Part shown: positions 41,801 to 54,634 of the stretch, piece after piece
Layout of the letters: each line of letters opens with the position of its first letter
Position numbering within the stretch: position 1 is the first letter of the stretch
NCBI RefSeq assembly: GCF_964204645.1
Contig: NC_134029.1
Span: 186,001 to 250,000, forward strand
Direction: 5' to 3'
From: Tubulanus polymorphus
Taxonomy: Eukaryota; Animalia; Nemertea
DNA length: 64,000 nucleotides
Translations under genes and position numbers: made by a program
Notes under the pieces: model-generated
What the model was told of the DNA's origin: nothing
Seen by the model: only the letters and a program-made list of their open reading frames with translations
Databases searched by the model: none

Positions 41801-44800
41801 CAGAATGGTCGAAACTTGCTTCAATTGAGGTACACAAAATATAACTTGAAATGACAGACACTAGACTCAAAAGACTAAAGAGTCTCTTAAAATCTGTCCT
41901 TGAACTGATATTTGATAAATGAATGAATACTTGCTCTTGCTATTGTCTATGAAAGGGGTTGATTTTGAGGGTGTAAATGGGCTATATGTTTTATATTAAT
42001 AGCTGTAATAGTTGTTTGATTGAAGAGACTGTCTGCCCTCTCTCTCTCTCTCAATATTCTATTAGTGAGTAGACATAGTAAACAAACTGGTCATTCACTG
42101 TTTATTCTACAATAATAGCTTGTCCTAGGGTTCTAATTGGTCTAGAGCTGGTCACCTGATATTGACAAACAGCTAGGACTCTGGCTACTAACCCTAACCC
42201 TAGCTTCTGATTGGCTGGAGATGGTCACCTGATATATGCAAATAGCCCCAAGCACATGGTCACTAACCCTAACCCTAGTTTGTGATTGGCTGTTGCTGGT
42301 CATCTGATATATGCAAATAGCCCCAAGCACATAGTCGCTAACCCTAACCCTAGTTTGTGATTGGCTTGAGCTGGTCACCTGATATATGCAGATAGCCCCA
42401 AGCTCATGGTCACTAACCCTAACCCTAGCCTGTGATTGGCTGGAGCTGGTCATATGACACTGGCAACAATATCCATATAAAAATAATTAGCATAAGTAAA
42501 TAAATTAATAACATAGTATTTCTACTTTTTAGAATATATATATTAGATACAGTTGTTGATAGTACTGTTACGGCCTATAGAACTGTTAGATTTATATTTG
42601 GGTGTGGTTGATGTCTAAAAGTGTCTGCTCAATATTGATTTACCCTATTTATATGTATAATCATTGAACACTTCACTTGTCATTTCTGTATCTGAACTTG
42701 TACAACTCTGCTAACAGAAATTGCTACAAATCACTTCAGGCAAAACACAAATAATAAGCATTAGATCACAGGGACTTGTCACAGTTGATAGTGAATGAAT
42801 AAAACCAATATCAATGACCAGATCCACTATCCCTGTTTAATAAAAAAAAACATTTATTTTATTATACAGTTGCAGGGATACTGGTACCCCCATCCTTTGT
42901 CTCATCCATTATCTCGACAAGTCCCTGTGCATTAGATCTAATAATTGCTACCCTACTACCAGTTCCTTAACTCCACTACCGAACTACCAGCAGGGTCCGA
43001 TCTAGGGAATGAAAGCCACTTGCCCCGGGGCAAGCATATCTAAAATTTCGCTTGCCCCCTCCAAAAGCTACTTGCCCTACACAGGCAGTCCGATTGGTGG
43101 CACTATCATCCGTTGTATCGAGTGGGAAAAAATCTTTGTGACATAAAATTGCACTAGCCCGGGGGACAAGTGATAATGATTACCTACTTGCCCGATGAGA
43201 ATTTACTTTCAATTGGACTAGTGCTTAGATGGGACTCTGTACCAGTTCTTTAATTCCTCAGTTCACTTGGTTCTTATGTTCCATAAATAATGTCCTACAT
43301 ATACAAGGGATCTGGTTCTATATTTACAAGTTTGAGTTCTATATTTAAAAGTTTGGGTTCTATATTTACAAGTTTGGGTTCTCTATTAACAGGTTTTGTT
43401 TCTATATTTACAGGTTTGGGTTGATGCTGGAACTCAGATATTTTTCTCATATTCGATTGGCCTCGGAACTGTTACTGCTCTCGGTAGTTACAACAAATTC
43501 AATCACAATTCGTACAGGTATGTTGTGTTGCTATAGTAACAGCGGACACGCTTGATGTCTGATATGGTTGTTTATAAGGTTATTTTGTTTGTTTTTTAGA
43601 GATGCTGTCATATTTTCGTTAGCTAACAGTGGAACCAGTTTATTTGCTGGGTTTGTCATATTTTCAATTCTCGGATATATGGCTCATGTTCATCAAGTAG
43701 ATATAAAAGATGTCGCTGCTGGAGGTTCGTTCTGTAGATTGTTTGCTGCCTATTTCAGAAATATTCAAAATTCACTTCAGTAATCATTCTATTAATTGGT
43801 CATTCGGTGTAACGAAGGATCACTTTCTCTGTAACTATGGGTCAATCGATGTAACTATGGGTCATTGTGTGTATTGTTGATATTTCAGGTCCCGGTTTAG
43901 CGTTTATCGCCTACCCTAAAGCCGTTGCTGAGCTACCTATATCAACATTCTGGAGTATATGTTTTTTCATTATGATTATTCTTCTCGGTCTAGACAGTCA
44001 GGTAAAAATCAATAATATTGATTCGGTGTCCGTAGCGACGGTATCTATAGTAACAGTGTAATGTATGTATATTGTTGTAGTTTGTCGGCGTTGAAGGGTT
44101 CGTTACAGCGATTGTTGATGCCTACCCGACTCAGTTACGTAAGGGTTACCGTAGAGAGATTTGTATCGGTATTATCTGTTTCATCTCGTTTCTAATCGGA
44201 TTATCGATGGTTACTAACGTAAGTTGAATGATTTTCTATTTAAACGCTAGATGGCAGCACAAGCTGGTGTTCCGTATTTATAAATATATATATATATATT
44301 TTCAGGGAGGAATGTACGTGTTCCAATTGTTTGATTATTATTCTGGAAGTCGAATTATTTTGCTGGTTGGATTCTTTGAATGTATTGCTATCGGTTGGGT
44401 TTATGGTAAGTTTTTCTCATTGTGAGTTAACCACAAGTTAATTGTGAGTTTACTACGAGTTGATTGTGAGTTTACCGCGAGTTGATTGCGAGTTTTAATG
44501 TTGAGTTTAATTGTTTTATTCAGGAGTGAAAAGATTCTATAAGAATTTGGAAGTGATGCTCGGATTTAAGATAAATTATTTTATGATGATAAGTTGGATT
44601 GGTTCATCACCGTTGTTCTGTTTGGTAAGGATCATCTCTTCTGCCACATTCTCAAATAGATTACAGTAAATACTCATTGATTTCCAATTATTTATGTGTT
44701 TGCAGGTAATATTTATTCTGAGTGCGATAAATTATTCTGAATTGACTTACGAACGCCCTGACGGTGTCTACACCTATCCACGCTGGTCCGTACTAACTGG

Positions 44801-45229
44801 TTGGGCCATGGCATCGATTGCTGCTATATTTATTCCTCTCATTATGATCTATAAAGTTGCCAAGACTATCAAAGAAAATAAGGTAAAATATCGTTAATTT
44901 CACTGTTGAATTTTTCTTTCGTTCTGGACCCAGTTTTGCGGTTGTGAGTTAAGATTTCACTCGAGCACCAACTTCGGGATCATTCATTTATTATTATGCT
45001 CAAAATTATTGCGGTTTAATGAACTATATAATCGTCTATTGATTTTCAGCCATTGGTTTCATTGATTCAACCTCATGGTCTGAAACCTCATCAGATGCTG
45101 GAAGGTGACTATTATCAAGGTCAAATGATGGATGTGAAAAAAGTTCAAATGGATGAGAACGCGTGTATCCCGGCCTCTCCTCGTAAACAACCTTCAGAAA
45201 ACTTCGGTTACGACTTGAACCAGATTTGA
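29863..45229 (+). CDS. SLC6 sodium- and chloride-dependent transporter, GABA/taurine/creatine subfamily (645 aa, 13 exons)
   Basis: Exons 29863-30124, 35731-35862, 36265-36502, 41401-41533, 41695-41829, 43414-43517, 43600-43724, 43889-44001, 44081-44218, 44306-44405, 44524-44624, 44706-44882, 45050-45229 (sum 1938 nt, all GT-AG, frame consistent). Hallmarks: [45 protein letters not shown]2 [13 protein letters not shown] with N-glycosylation sequons, [49 protein letters not shown]. Confidence 0.96.
30910..31036. mobile_element. Palindromic MITE
   Basis: TIR GGGCCAGTTGCTCAAAAGTTGGTTA / TAACCAACTTATGAGCAACTGGCCC, with CTT/CTG flanks. A truncated relative in opposite orientation lies at about 17470-17573. 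Confidence 0.8.
33500..34492. repeat. 23-bp minisatellite, about 43 copies, in SLC6 intron 1
   Basis: GGACCCTACACCCCTCACAGC(G/A)T. Confidence 0.97.
39507..39678. promoter_or_regulatory. Cluster of four CTCF-like motifs in SLC6 intron 3
   Basis: + strand: TGGCCACTAGATGGCACTGC (39507) and TGGCCACAAGAAGGCACTGC (39604). - strand: CAACAGAGGGCGCC twice (about 39631 and 39663). Confidence 0.5.
42137..42452. repeat. About 75-bp tandem repeat x4, same family as 2656-3183
   Basis: GCTGGTCACCTGATATATGCAAATAGCCCCAAGCACATGGTCACTAACCCTAACCCTAG..TGATTGGCT. Confidence 0.9.
42767..42929. mobile_element. MITE with 14-bp TIR and 8-bp TSD (hAT- or P-like)
   Basis: CACAGGGACTTGTC ... GACAAGTCCCTGTG, flanked on both sides by CATTAGAT (42759-42766 and 42930-42937). 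Confidence 0.85.
42991..43239. mobile_element. MITE with CAG termini
   Basis: Imperfect TIR CAGGGTCCGATCTAG / TTAGATGGGACTCTG, internal CTTGCCC repeats, flanking direct repeat TACCAG. Confidence 0.65.
43316..43420 (+). repeat. 21-bp repeat x5 spanning the SLC6 exon 6 acceptor
   Basis: TTCTATATTTACA(A/G)GTTTGGG; the last copy contains the functional CAG|GTT TGG junction. Confidence 0.9.
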
Positions 45230-46502
45230 ATTAAACGGGCTTAGTTTTACCCCGGTTTATATTCCTACTAATAGGTGGCAGTAGTTGTGAATCTCTCTGT
45301 AGATATCAACGTATTTTAGGGTCACATTATTTTCTGTAGTTGAAACAACATATCACAAAATACCATCTAAAAAACAACATCCAACAACAATTGGTTCATT
45401 CATCGTCAACAATTGGTTCATTCATCGTCAACAATTGGCTAATAGTATTGATTCACCTTGGATACTTGGTATTGTTGTAATGTGATTATTTTGATGTCAG
45501 TGTAAGTTTCATTGTTGTATAACGTGACGAGCAAAAGGTGTAGCATAAATAAAAAACCCGGTTTAGAATACAGGGCAACAAATACTATCGCGATAGAATG
45601 ATCTCATTCTGTTTATTGTGCGTTTCAATTAATCAGAAAAAAGATACATTTGTCTGGACATTTTTTTGATAATCGGAAATGAAGAATTTGAGGTCATTTT
45701 TTATTAAAGTCGATTTTTTTTATGAAAACTTGTATGAATTCCACATAAAACTTTGCTCAGTTTTTAAAAAATGCTACATGTGAAAATTCACAGTTTCTCT
45801 AGAATGTAAACAGGTATAAGATTGTTTTGGTAGCGGATACCCCTCGTTCCCTCCCCTCCTCACTCCCTCTCCTTCCCTCCCCTAGTCTCTTTATCACAGT
45901 CAGTGTGCTATAAACTACAGGACAGTATTCTCTTTATTTCGTATCCATTTAAATTTGAATTTTCAACCAAACAATTTGTTGTTATCTGAAACTGATATGA
46001 ACTGATAGTAGTGCCATAATATGATTAGAAAATAAGCCTTTTTAGATGTATGTATATAAAACGCATACTCTGGCAAGTGAGGCAGCAAAAATATCACCAA
46101 AAAAATGAATCTTTTTTTTTTGTTAAATGGTAATTAATTCCCACTCATTTCAGTTTTTGACGGTAGTTTGGAGGTATTATCACTCCTCGTAAGAAGGGAC
46201 CCGATATCTGTCGTAACCACGACGACGGTATTGATTCCGCCTCAGGGATCCGGATATACCGATCTCATCAGTCATGTGACTGAATTATCCGATCAATTCA
46301 ATCAAAATGTATACACCTTTATTGACCTTATATTATAATGTATGTATGTAAAATGTATAATGAACTTCCCAAATTAATGTCTCAAAATGATGAATCGTCG
46401 CTTAATGAATTAATTGTGGAATCAACAGTGGACTTGCAAAAAAACAACAACAAAAAAATAGAAATATGATGAACATCAATGTAAATAATAATGAAACAGT
46501 TA

Positions 46503-46656
46503 TAGTGAAACTAGGCTCAGGTCGTCACATTTCTAAATTCATCTCTATTTTAGAACCTTTGTATTTACAATTCAATTTACTTCAAGTCATTATTTGGATG
46601 ATAATTGATAAATAAAGCGACCTTCACGACTAAGACGACCTAACCGAGTTTCACTG
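46503..46656. mobile_element. Tc1/mariner-type MITE
   Basis: TA|TAGTGAAACTAGGCTCAGGTCGTC ... GACGACCTAACCGAGTTTCACTG|TA: imperfect TIR with TA flanks. Confidence 0.7.
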
Positions 46657-46898
46657 TACAGATATCAAATACCGATACTCACTTTGTCGGGAGTAGATTA
46701 TTATAGTTTACTCTCTACGGAATAAAGATATCTAAGCAATAAAAATAGCAATGATTATAATTGAATCAATCCTCCATCCATGAGATACATTATTTCACGA
46801 ATCCGATCAACTTTAATTTCATTTATTGGAAGTTACTAAATTTTGCACAAAAAGAAAACTAGCAAAGAATTTCGGCTTGAAACATTCCCACCACCTGC

Positions 46899-47283
46899 TG
46901 AGGTCGTCCCGCTCCTGTGAGTGAGATCCTCATGTGAGGACTTGTTCATGTGAGGTCGTCCCGCTCCTGTGAGTGAGATCCTCATGTGAGGACCTCCCGC
47001 TCCTGTGGAGTGAGATCCTCATGTGAGGACCTCTTGTTCATGTGAGGTCCTCCCGCTCCTGTGAGTGAGATCCTCATGTGAGGACCTCTCGTTCATGTGA
47101 GGTCGTCCCGCTCCTGTGAGTGAGATCCTCATGTGAGGACCTCTCGTTCATGTGAGGTCGTCCCGCTCCTGTGAGTGAGATCCTCATGTGAGGACCTCTC
47201 GTTCATGTGAGGTCGTCCCGCTCCTGTGAGTGAGATCCTCATGTGAGGACCTCTCGTTCATGTGAGGTCCTCCCGCTCCTGTG
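46899..47283. repeat. 55-bp hairpin-forming tandem repeat, about 7 copies, downstream of the SLC6 stop
   Basis: TGTGAGGTCGTCCCGCTCCTGTGAGTGAGATCCTCATGTGAGGACCTCTCGTTCA. Confidence 0.95.
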
Positions 47284-47878
47284 TACAGTATTTATCCTAT
47301 TTGAACATTGCTCAATTCAATCCCAATTGATTCCTTTATTGTGTTTTTTAATGATGAAACATATCTCTCTTTCACTTTGTTAAATGTTTTTTATATATTA
47401 TTGACTAGAATAATTGCTGATTGAATTGATATAATTTTTATGTTGGGATGTTCAATCTGTATAATGTATATGTGTGCAATTTAAGTTCCTTCTTGTTGTT
47501 AGTTCAGTAACTGACACTATATATTGATTATATAACTCCATAACCCCATCAGCATCACGTTCAAATTAACACTATTGATTCCAATTTGAGAATAATTTGA
47601 AGATAGATTAGGCATGAACCGGCGTGAATCTGTTCTGTCTTATTAAATACTTGACAGGTTTGTCTACTTAAAAAAAGCAGTTTCTTTTTTTGTGAAAAGT
47701 TCGCACTTCATTTAGTTGGTGATTTCAAAATCAGAGATTTAAGTCCATTTGAATGTGATAAATGTGTCTGAAGATCAAATAAAAACTATGAATTCAGCAA
47801 ATTTATATGTGGTCTGACTGACAGTAGCATTGGGCCTAAATCTGATCCAGATATTAGTGCGGGTCAGTCTGGCTTCTG

Positions 47879-47998
47879 CTGGACTCAGTTTCATGAAAAT
47901 CATTGTTTAGTTGTTTTTGGTTTCTAAATGTTTTCAATAACTACTACAATTTACAGTTTTAAGCTCTATAACAATTTTGCTCATGAAACTGGACCCAG
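47879..47998. mobile_element. Short MITE of the GGNYCAGTTTCA family
   Basis: CTGGACTCAGTTTCATGA ... TCATGAAACTGGACCCAG inverted ends. Confidence 0.7.
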
Positions 47999-50723
47999 GC
48001 TTCAGAACATAGCATAATTTGGCAAAAATCTTGTGTTGAATTTTATTAATCTTTTCATTTTTTAACGAAATGAGTTTTTATCTTACACTAAATAGCCATT
48101 AAATTAAAAATAAATTAATCAATTATCTTTAATTAATCAGTTATATTTGATTGGTTAATAAGCTTCCCAAATGAAATATCATTGTACATGTATAAAATAG
48201 AAATAGTTTCTGTGATATTCACTAAAATGAAATAACCTTCACTGAATAATAAGTATTAAGTATTATTATTATTATTATTTAAATATTTGATGATCAAATC
48301 GAAGGGTATGAAATCGATTAATTTCTTGATTTGGTCTTTATTTATTTATTCAATTTTAGTTTAATAATGTATATTTATGGTAGAATTAGAATTGAAGATC
48401 TAATCTTTAACTTATTTGTAGCCTTAAGAAATATCGAGAACCAAAAACAAACATTGACCCATAAACTTTAAATGATTTGATTTGTGTCTGATTAGTAGTG
48501 AATTTGAAAATCAAAATTTCTACAGTGTCACAATGGTGAACAGTAAGTCGATTATTGTGTATATTTTAGTTCACTCATATGTCTGTATATTATTATCATT
48601 CTCTTATTGTTTATATTTTTGACTCTGATTTAATAAAAGAAAACATCGAAATGTCGTGAAAGCTTCCCTTGTACTTTATTGTGCCCGGGTTAATTATTGT
48701 GTAAATAAAATTCAGGTCTGCAATGACAAAAACATCTCAGTATTTTATAGTTTATCTCTATCCATGGTTGTTCTTCGGTTCACATGAAATATCTTCACTA
48801 TCAATGCAAGATTATTCGTGGTTCTGCGTCCTGTGGCTCTTATAAATTATTCCTGGGGCACGGGATTTAGAGGGGTTTGTGACATGCGAAAAGCTGATTA
48901 TTCTCTTCAGAGAGCCTGAATGTCTACGAAATGATACGTTAAAAATAAAGCCAAATAGTGTTGAATTAGTAGAAAAACCTCACTCGAACGTGGTGAACGG
49001 AAAATTAGATCAAAACCCACTATGTACAAATTAAGTTTTCCAAAAATGGAGAATCTATTTTACGGTTTATTTATGGTTGAATGATGTCTCGGAATCGTCG
49101 CGTGCCACAGTAATAAAAGCTCATCTGTCTGGATCACAACCGTCAAGTGCTGCCCTTAGAGATAACGTAGGCGGTAAATTTGTGAACTAACTTTCTACGC
49201 GCCGTCAAAACCGGCAACCAGTCTACTGGGAATTCAGGTGGCGGCGACCAGTCTAGCGGCGGGAATCCCAATCTGAGGTACACTATGACGCAATATCAAA
49301 ATGGCGTGCTTTAACACGAAATTAAGCAAAAACCTCACCTAATACAAACATTGCCACCCTCCTTCCCGACCCCTGAAATCAGTATTTCAATATTTGGTAA
49401 GTGTTTGTAACATTGGTTTAAATTGCGAAAAATATTCCATCTCAGATATTGTGGGAAATCATATTATTTCAGAGGTACATCCTACAAACGGCGGCGCACA
49501 TGGTGGCGCTCAGTCGAGCATATCGTCGTTATTCCATCCTGATATATCTAGACCACGATGGGCTTCACCTCGCTGTGTTGTAATGAATTTGTTCTAAAAT
49601 GATTCCATTGACTGATTACATCAAACAGTGAAAACAATGTAAGTATATTTCATCTTTCACCTCTAAACCGATATTATTAATCACCACAAACAAACCTGCC
49701 GGACACAGGCCTCCATTCGTCCATGATATTGATGATGATCTTCATCGGTTTCAGTAACAGGTAATATTCACGCGCGTTAAAAGCAATTTTTGATTGCTGC
49801 GGCCTAATACAATTTTGGACAGGTTCTAAATATTGCCGCGGCGAATTTACTTAATTTCTTCGAAAACGTGATATTCAAAGACAAAAAACGTCATTCAGTA
49901 AATTATTGGCGTGGCTTTCACTGCTGCAGTCGCTGCACTTCCAACACTACTGATATTTAAACTGTTCATTTCTTCATTACTTTCTTGTTTATATTTCATG
50001 TTCAACTCTAGATGCAAAACCTAAACTGTGGATAGAAAAACCCCGTGAATAAATGAACTGCAGATTGGAGTGAACAATCTAATTTGTAAGTTTGAATTTT
50101 AGATTTGATATTTCTGCAGTTATTTCTAAGGAAAGAAAACAATCTTAGATTTGTCTATTATAGGTATCACTTCAACATGTTCAACGGGAATTTTGATTCA
50201 GCACAGGAAAACAAGAATCACTCTTAGATTCAGCACAGGACAACAAGGAATCAGTGTTTCACAATCAGACTTTTTTGGTTTCGCACAGGACTTCAGGAAT
50301 CATTCTTGGATTTAGCACAGAACATCGGGAATCACTCTTGGATTCAGCATGACATCAGGAATCACTATAGCCTATGTGGAAATTCAAGATAAGTTACATT
50401 AATCTTCTTTATTTATCGGTTGTTGAATTGATTTTAAGGGACCAGTTTTATATTGTTTGTTATAAACCATGTTTTGAAATGAAATCTCAGAAACCTGTTA
50501 CAGTTATTCAATCATTTCAAATTTCTTTTGGTGAATATTTGGCTATAATCAGTTCATGGTTGGGATTGTTATTTCAGTAAGCGGGTTTACAGGTTTTCTT
50601 AATTGTGATCAACTCAAATGTTATTTCTAATCAATATGAAACTGGTTCCTGATGTCAATAATACAACTGTTATCAATCATGTTCCTTCGTGACAATCAGA
50701 TCATGTGTATCTTAAGAGTTAGA

Positions 50724-50921
50724 ATTTCTATAGATTAAACTGCTGTACTTATTTCATACTGATTGTACAGTTACAGATACATGTAACATTGTGTACAGAT
50801 ACAGAGTACAGATCACTGCATTACTTCATCCTGTGATTGAACAGTGATTTAATGTTCTTTCATCTTCATTAGATTCCCATCCGTCTAACTAAAACATCAG
50901 AACATTTCAACTCATCTAACC
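50724..50921 (+). repeat. Left arm of a 198-bp inverted repeat
   Basis: Reverse complement of 54437-54634, with about 7 mismatches by eye. Confidence 0.95.
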
Positions 50922-51215
50922 GTGGGGTTCGGGGAGGGTGGGTATGGTTGGGGGGAGGGAAGGGGTAGAGGGAGGGTGGGAGGGAAGGGGTAGAGGGAGG
51001 GATGGGGTGAGGGAGGGTGGGAGGGATGGGATGAGGGAGGGTGGGATCGATGGGACGAGGGAGGGCGGGAGGGATGGGGTCCGGGCGGGTGGGAGGGAAG
51101 GGGTGAGGAGGGTGGGAGGGAAGGAGTATGGGAGGGCGGGAGGGATGGGGTGAGGGAGGGTGGGAGGGATATAGGGGTGGTGGTAGGACGTTGGAGGGAG
51201 GGATATAGGGTGGGG
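50922..51215 (+). repeat. G-rich tract (G-quadruplex potential)
   Basis: Dense GGG runs, GGGAGGGA(A/T)GGGGT units. Confidence 0.9.
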
Positions 51216-54092
51216 CTTTAGGGTTTAGGTACAGGTTTGGTCGTAGCTTGTTTTAGTCTTGAAGTTCAGGATATTTCAGAAAATGTGTCCCATCTTTTTA
51301 TTTATTCTAAGAAAGGATTAATCATTATGAAACACGTGACTGCAACATGTCATGTTTCAGTTGTTATGCATGACAAGCTGTATAAGCATTGGCCAATTGG
51401 ACTCGTTCTATTTTACTGGTTGTTATTTCTATGAGACCCGGGTTTGATCCCCGGTGAGTGCGCACGTAATTCCACCGTCACTTCTCTCAATCGTTATGAG
51501 ATAATTGCCCCCAGATTTTTGAATTCGGACGTTTCAATTTTTAGGGCCATTATTAAGGTGTTGAATGATCACAAACTGCTCCTTGGCTCCTACCAAATTA
51601 CGACTTAATGAACAATTCAATGAAACAACAATCATACGTAATAATTACTGTTGATATCTGGCGGTTTACTGATACATTTCCAGCTGAAAGATGTATTTTC
51701 TTCTGTGCTATTTTAGAAACGGCTGTAAATACTGAGAACTGTATAGGACGAAATTGTTGACGAGAGTCGAGATGCAGTCACATTCATCGCTGCTTCCTCT
51801 TTTTTCTGCAGATTTTTAGACAGAGACCTACTCTTCATTTTTTGAAGAAGAGTATAGAACTTATTAGAATAAGTGATATGTTTTGTAATCACTATGGATT
51901 TTCAGACACTTCTTCATTTGCCTTCATGGCACAGTATATCACTATTCATAGATATCCTTAATAATTAGTTAAATCCTTTTTAAAAAGATGGGACACATTT
52001 GCTGAGAATAAACTTTACAATTTATAGGGGATATCTAGTGTATTTTGCCATTTTTCACGATCATATCAGTTTATGAAAGTCATTTCATCCTCCGCAGTTA
52101 TTTAAGATTCTATCAGTGCTCGATCAATTTGTCAGTTTATAATTGTTTTTAGACTTCGATCAATGTATTATTTGACAGTAGACTCAAATTAGTGAATTAT
52201 CACATTCAGTGTGTATGTAATTCTTAACTTAGTGATGAGTGATTAGTCCAATTCTCCTACTCAAAATATGCAACTCTCAATTTCTCATGTTTTCTCATAT
52301 TATAAACTGCTCCACGTATGAAAATTCATCTCTAGTGCAACCTTTATATACAGTTACTGAACTACACTTAGTTTATCAAACCAGGGCCATAAAACTGACT
52401 TAACCTTTAATGAAGGCCATGAGCCAAATTTATTCTCATGTTATCAAACCAAAGCCGTGGGCTATATTTACCCTGCGTGGTCACCAAATCAGAACCATAG
52501 ATCAAACTTTAACTCTTTGGTCACCAAACCAGAACCATGGACCAATCTTCGACTCTTTGGTCACCAAAACAGGGCCATGGAACAATCTTTGACTCTTTGG
52601 TCACCAAAACAGGGCCATGGACCAATCTTTGACTCTTTGGTCACCAAAACAGGGCCTTGAATGAAAAGTTGTACAAGTTATTTCTGTTGCCTTCACGACT
52701 CAGTGTTTGAGAATGAAATGATTTATGTGGAACTAATGACGTAGTTAATGAAAGATTCATCTGTATCAGTGTTGCTGCTGGTGCTGATGCTGCTGGTGCT
52801 GATGCTGCTGCTGCTGCTGCTGCTGCTAGTGCAACTAACACAAACTTTTGTTGTTTGTCTCTAAAAGATTAAACTTGATCCCAGTCAGAACTGATGAGAG
52901 TTCTAGTGAGATGACAAAATAAGGAAAAGCCATATGAAAAGAAAAAAATAAAGCGAACGCGTGAGCTTCTAACAACAAGATAAAACAGCATGAAATGCTG
53001 ATATAAAGAGTGGGGTCCGAGAGCAATTCGAAGGTTTAGTGTCCTGCACGCTTAGAGGGCGGGCAGGGGTCTATTCCTACCTCGACTCAAAAAAAGATGA
53101 AATATAAAGAGTGGGGTCTGAGAGCAATTCGAAGGTTTAGTGTCCTGCACGCTTAGCGAGCGAGCAGCGGTCTATTCCTACCTCAACTCATGCGCTAAAA
53201 GTCAGAGAAAATAGTAAAAATGAAAAATGGCAAATGAAGGAAAATGGCTGGAGTTTGATTTGTTCCACTGGGTTCAAGTGTTAACTTGAAAAGACAAACA
53301 GATTTACAATCAAACGGATTATTAATAATCCGTTTGACGTATATATTTTGTAAACATCAGCAGATCATAATCAATAATTAATAAATCTTATGAGTAAGTT
53401 TCCATAAAACAACTTGCTTATATAAAACCTTTAGTAGAGAGTAGAAATATCTCATCTAACTGTCATTAGTCCACAACGGTTTCATAATAAGAGTGACGTC
53501 ATGTTGAATTGATGAAGCAACATAAATAGCATTAATTGTTTTGATCTCAGCCATCATTCTTGTCCTTGGTTTGTGTTTGCCTTTCTCACGACATTTTGTG
53601 AGTGGAGGTTTGGTTCGGGTTTATTTCCTCGGTTCGGGTGAACCCTCCGTATACCTCCCCCTCCCTTACAACATTAAGTTCCTCAGGTTTGGTTTGATGT
53701 TTTGTAGATGAAACCTCTACAACTCAAACTCGCATCATTTGATGAAATGAAATCTGTTTACAGACGACTGCTGCAACTTGTCGTGAAACTGAGATATATT
53801 GTGAATACTTATTAGAGGGAGTAGAAATAATAGGAATAATGTGATGAAATTGATAAAGAAATCATCTAAAATTCAAGTCATGTGATTTTCAAGACCAACC
53901 CAGGCATATAATCATTTGAATGCCTACAAAATTGTAGAAAAGTATCTGTGAGTTCCATCAATGATGCAATTGATTAAGGATTTCAATTTATATATGAAAT
54001 TGATATGATCGTCGAAAATGGCAAATCGTTTTTTAGTTATTGTACAGATGAGTGGTGTGTGAAGAGGAGACAAGAGAGTTGAGGAGGCATGA

Positions 54093-54436
54093 TGGGAGGG
54101 CATTGAGGGAGGGCTAGGTGGGAGGGCATTGAGGGAGGACTAGGTGGGAGGGCATTGAGGGAGGGCTAGGTGGGAGGGCATTGAGGGAGGGCAGGGGTCT
54201 GGGAGGGCGGAAGGGAAGGGGTCCGGGAGGGCGGGAGGGAAGGGGTGAGGGAGGGGTGGGAGGGAAGGGGTGAGGGTGGGCGGGAGGGAAGGGGTCTGGG
54301 AGGGTGGGAGGGAAGGGGTCCGGGAGGGTGGGAGGGAAGGGGTGAGGGAGGGGTGGGAGGGAAGGGGTGAGGGTGGGCGGGAGGGAAGGGGTCCGGGAGG
54401 GCGGGAGGGAAGGGGTCCGGGAGGGTCGGGTCGGGA
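54093..54436 (+). repeat. G-rich tract (G-quadruplex potential)
   Basis: GGGAGGGAAGGGGT(GA/CC)GGGAGGG units, same family and strand as 50922-51215. Confidence 0.9.
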
Positions 54437-54634
54437 GGTTAGATGAGTTAAAATGTTCTGATGTTTTAGTTAGACGGATGGGAATCTAATGAAGATGAGA
54501 GAACATTAAATCACTGTTCAATCACAGGATGAAGTAATGCAGTGATCTGTACTCTGTATCTGTACACAATGTTACATGTATCTGTAACTGTTCAATCAGT
54601 ATGAAATAAGTACAAACGTTTAATCTACAGAAAT
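54437..54634 (-). repeat. Right arm of the 198-bp inverted repeat
   Basis: Reverse complement of 50724-50921. Confidence 0.95.
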
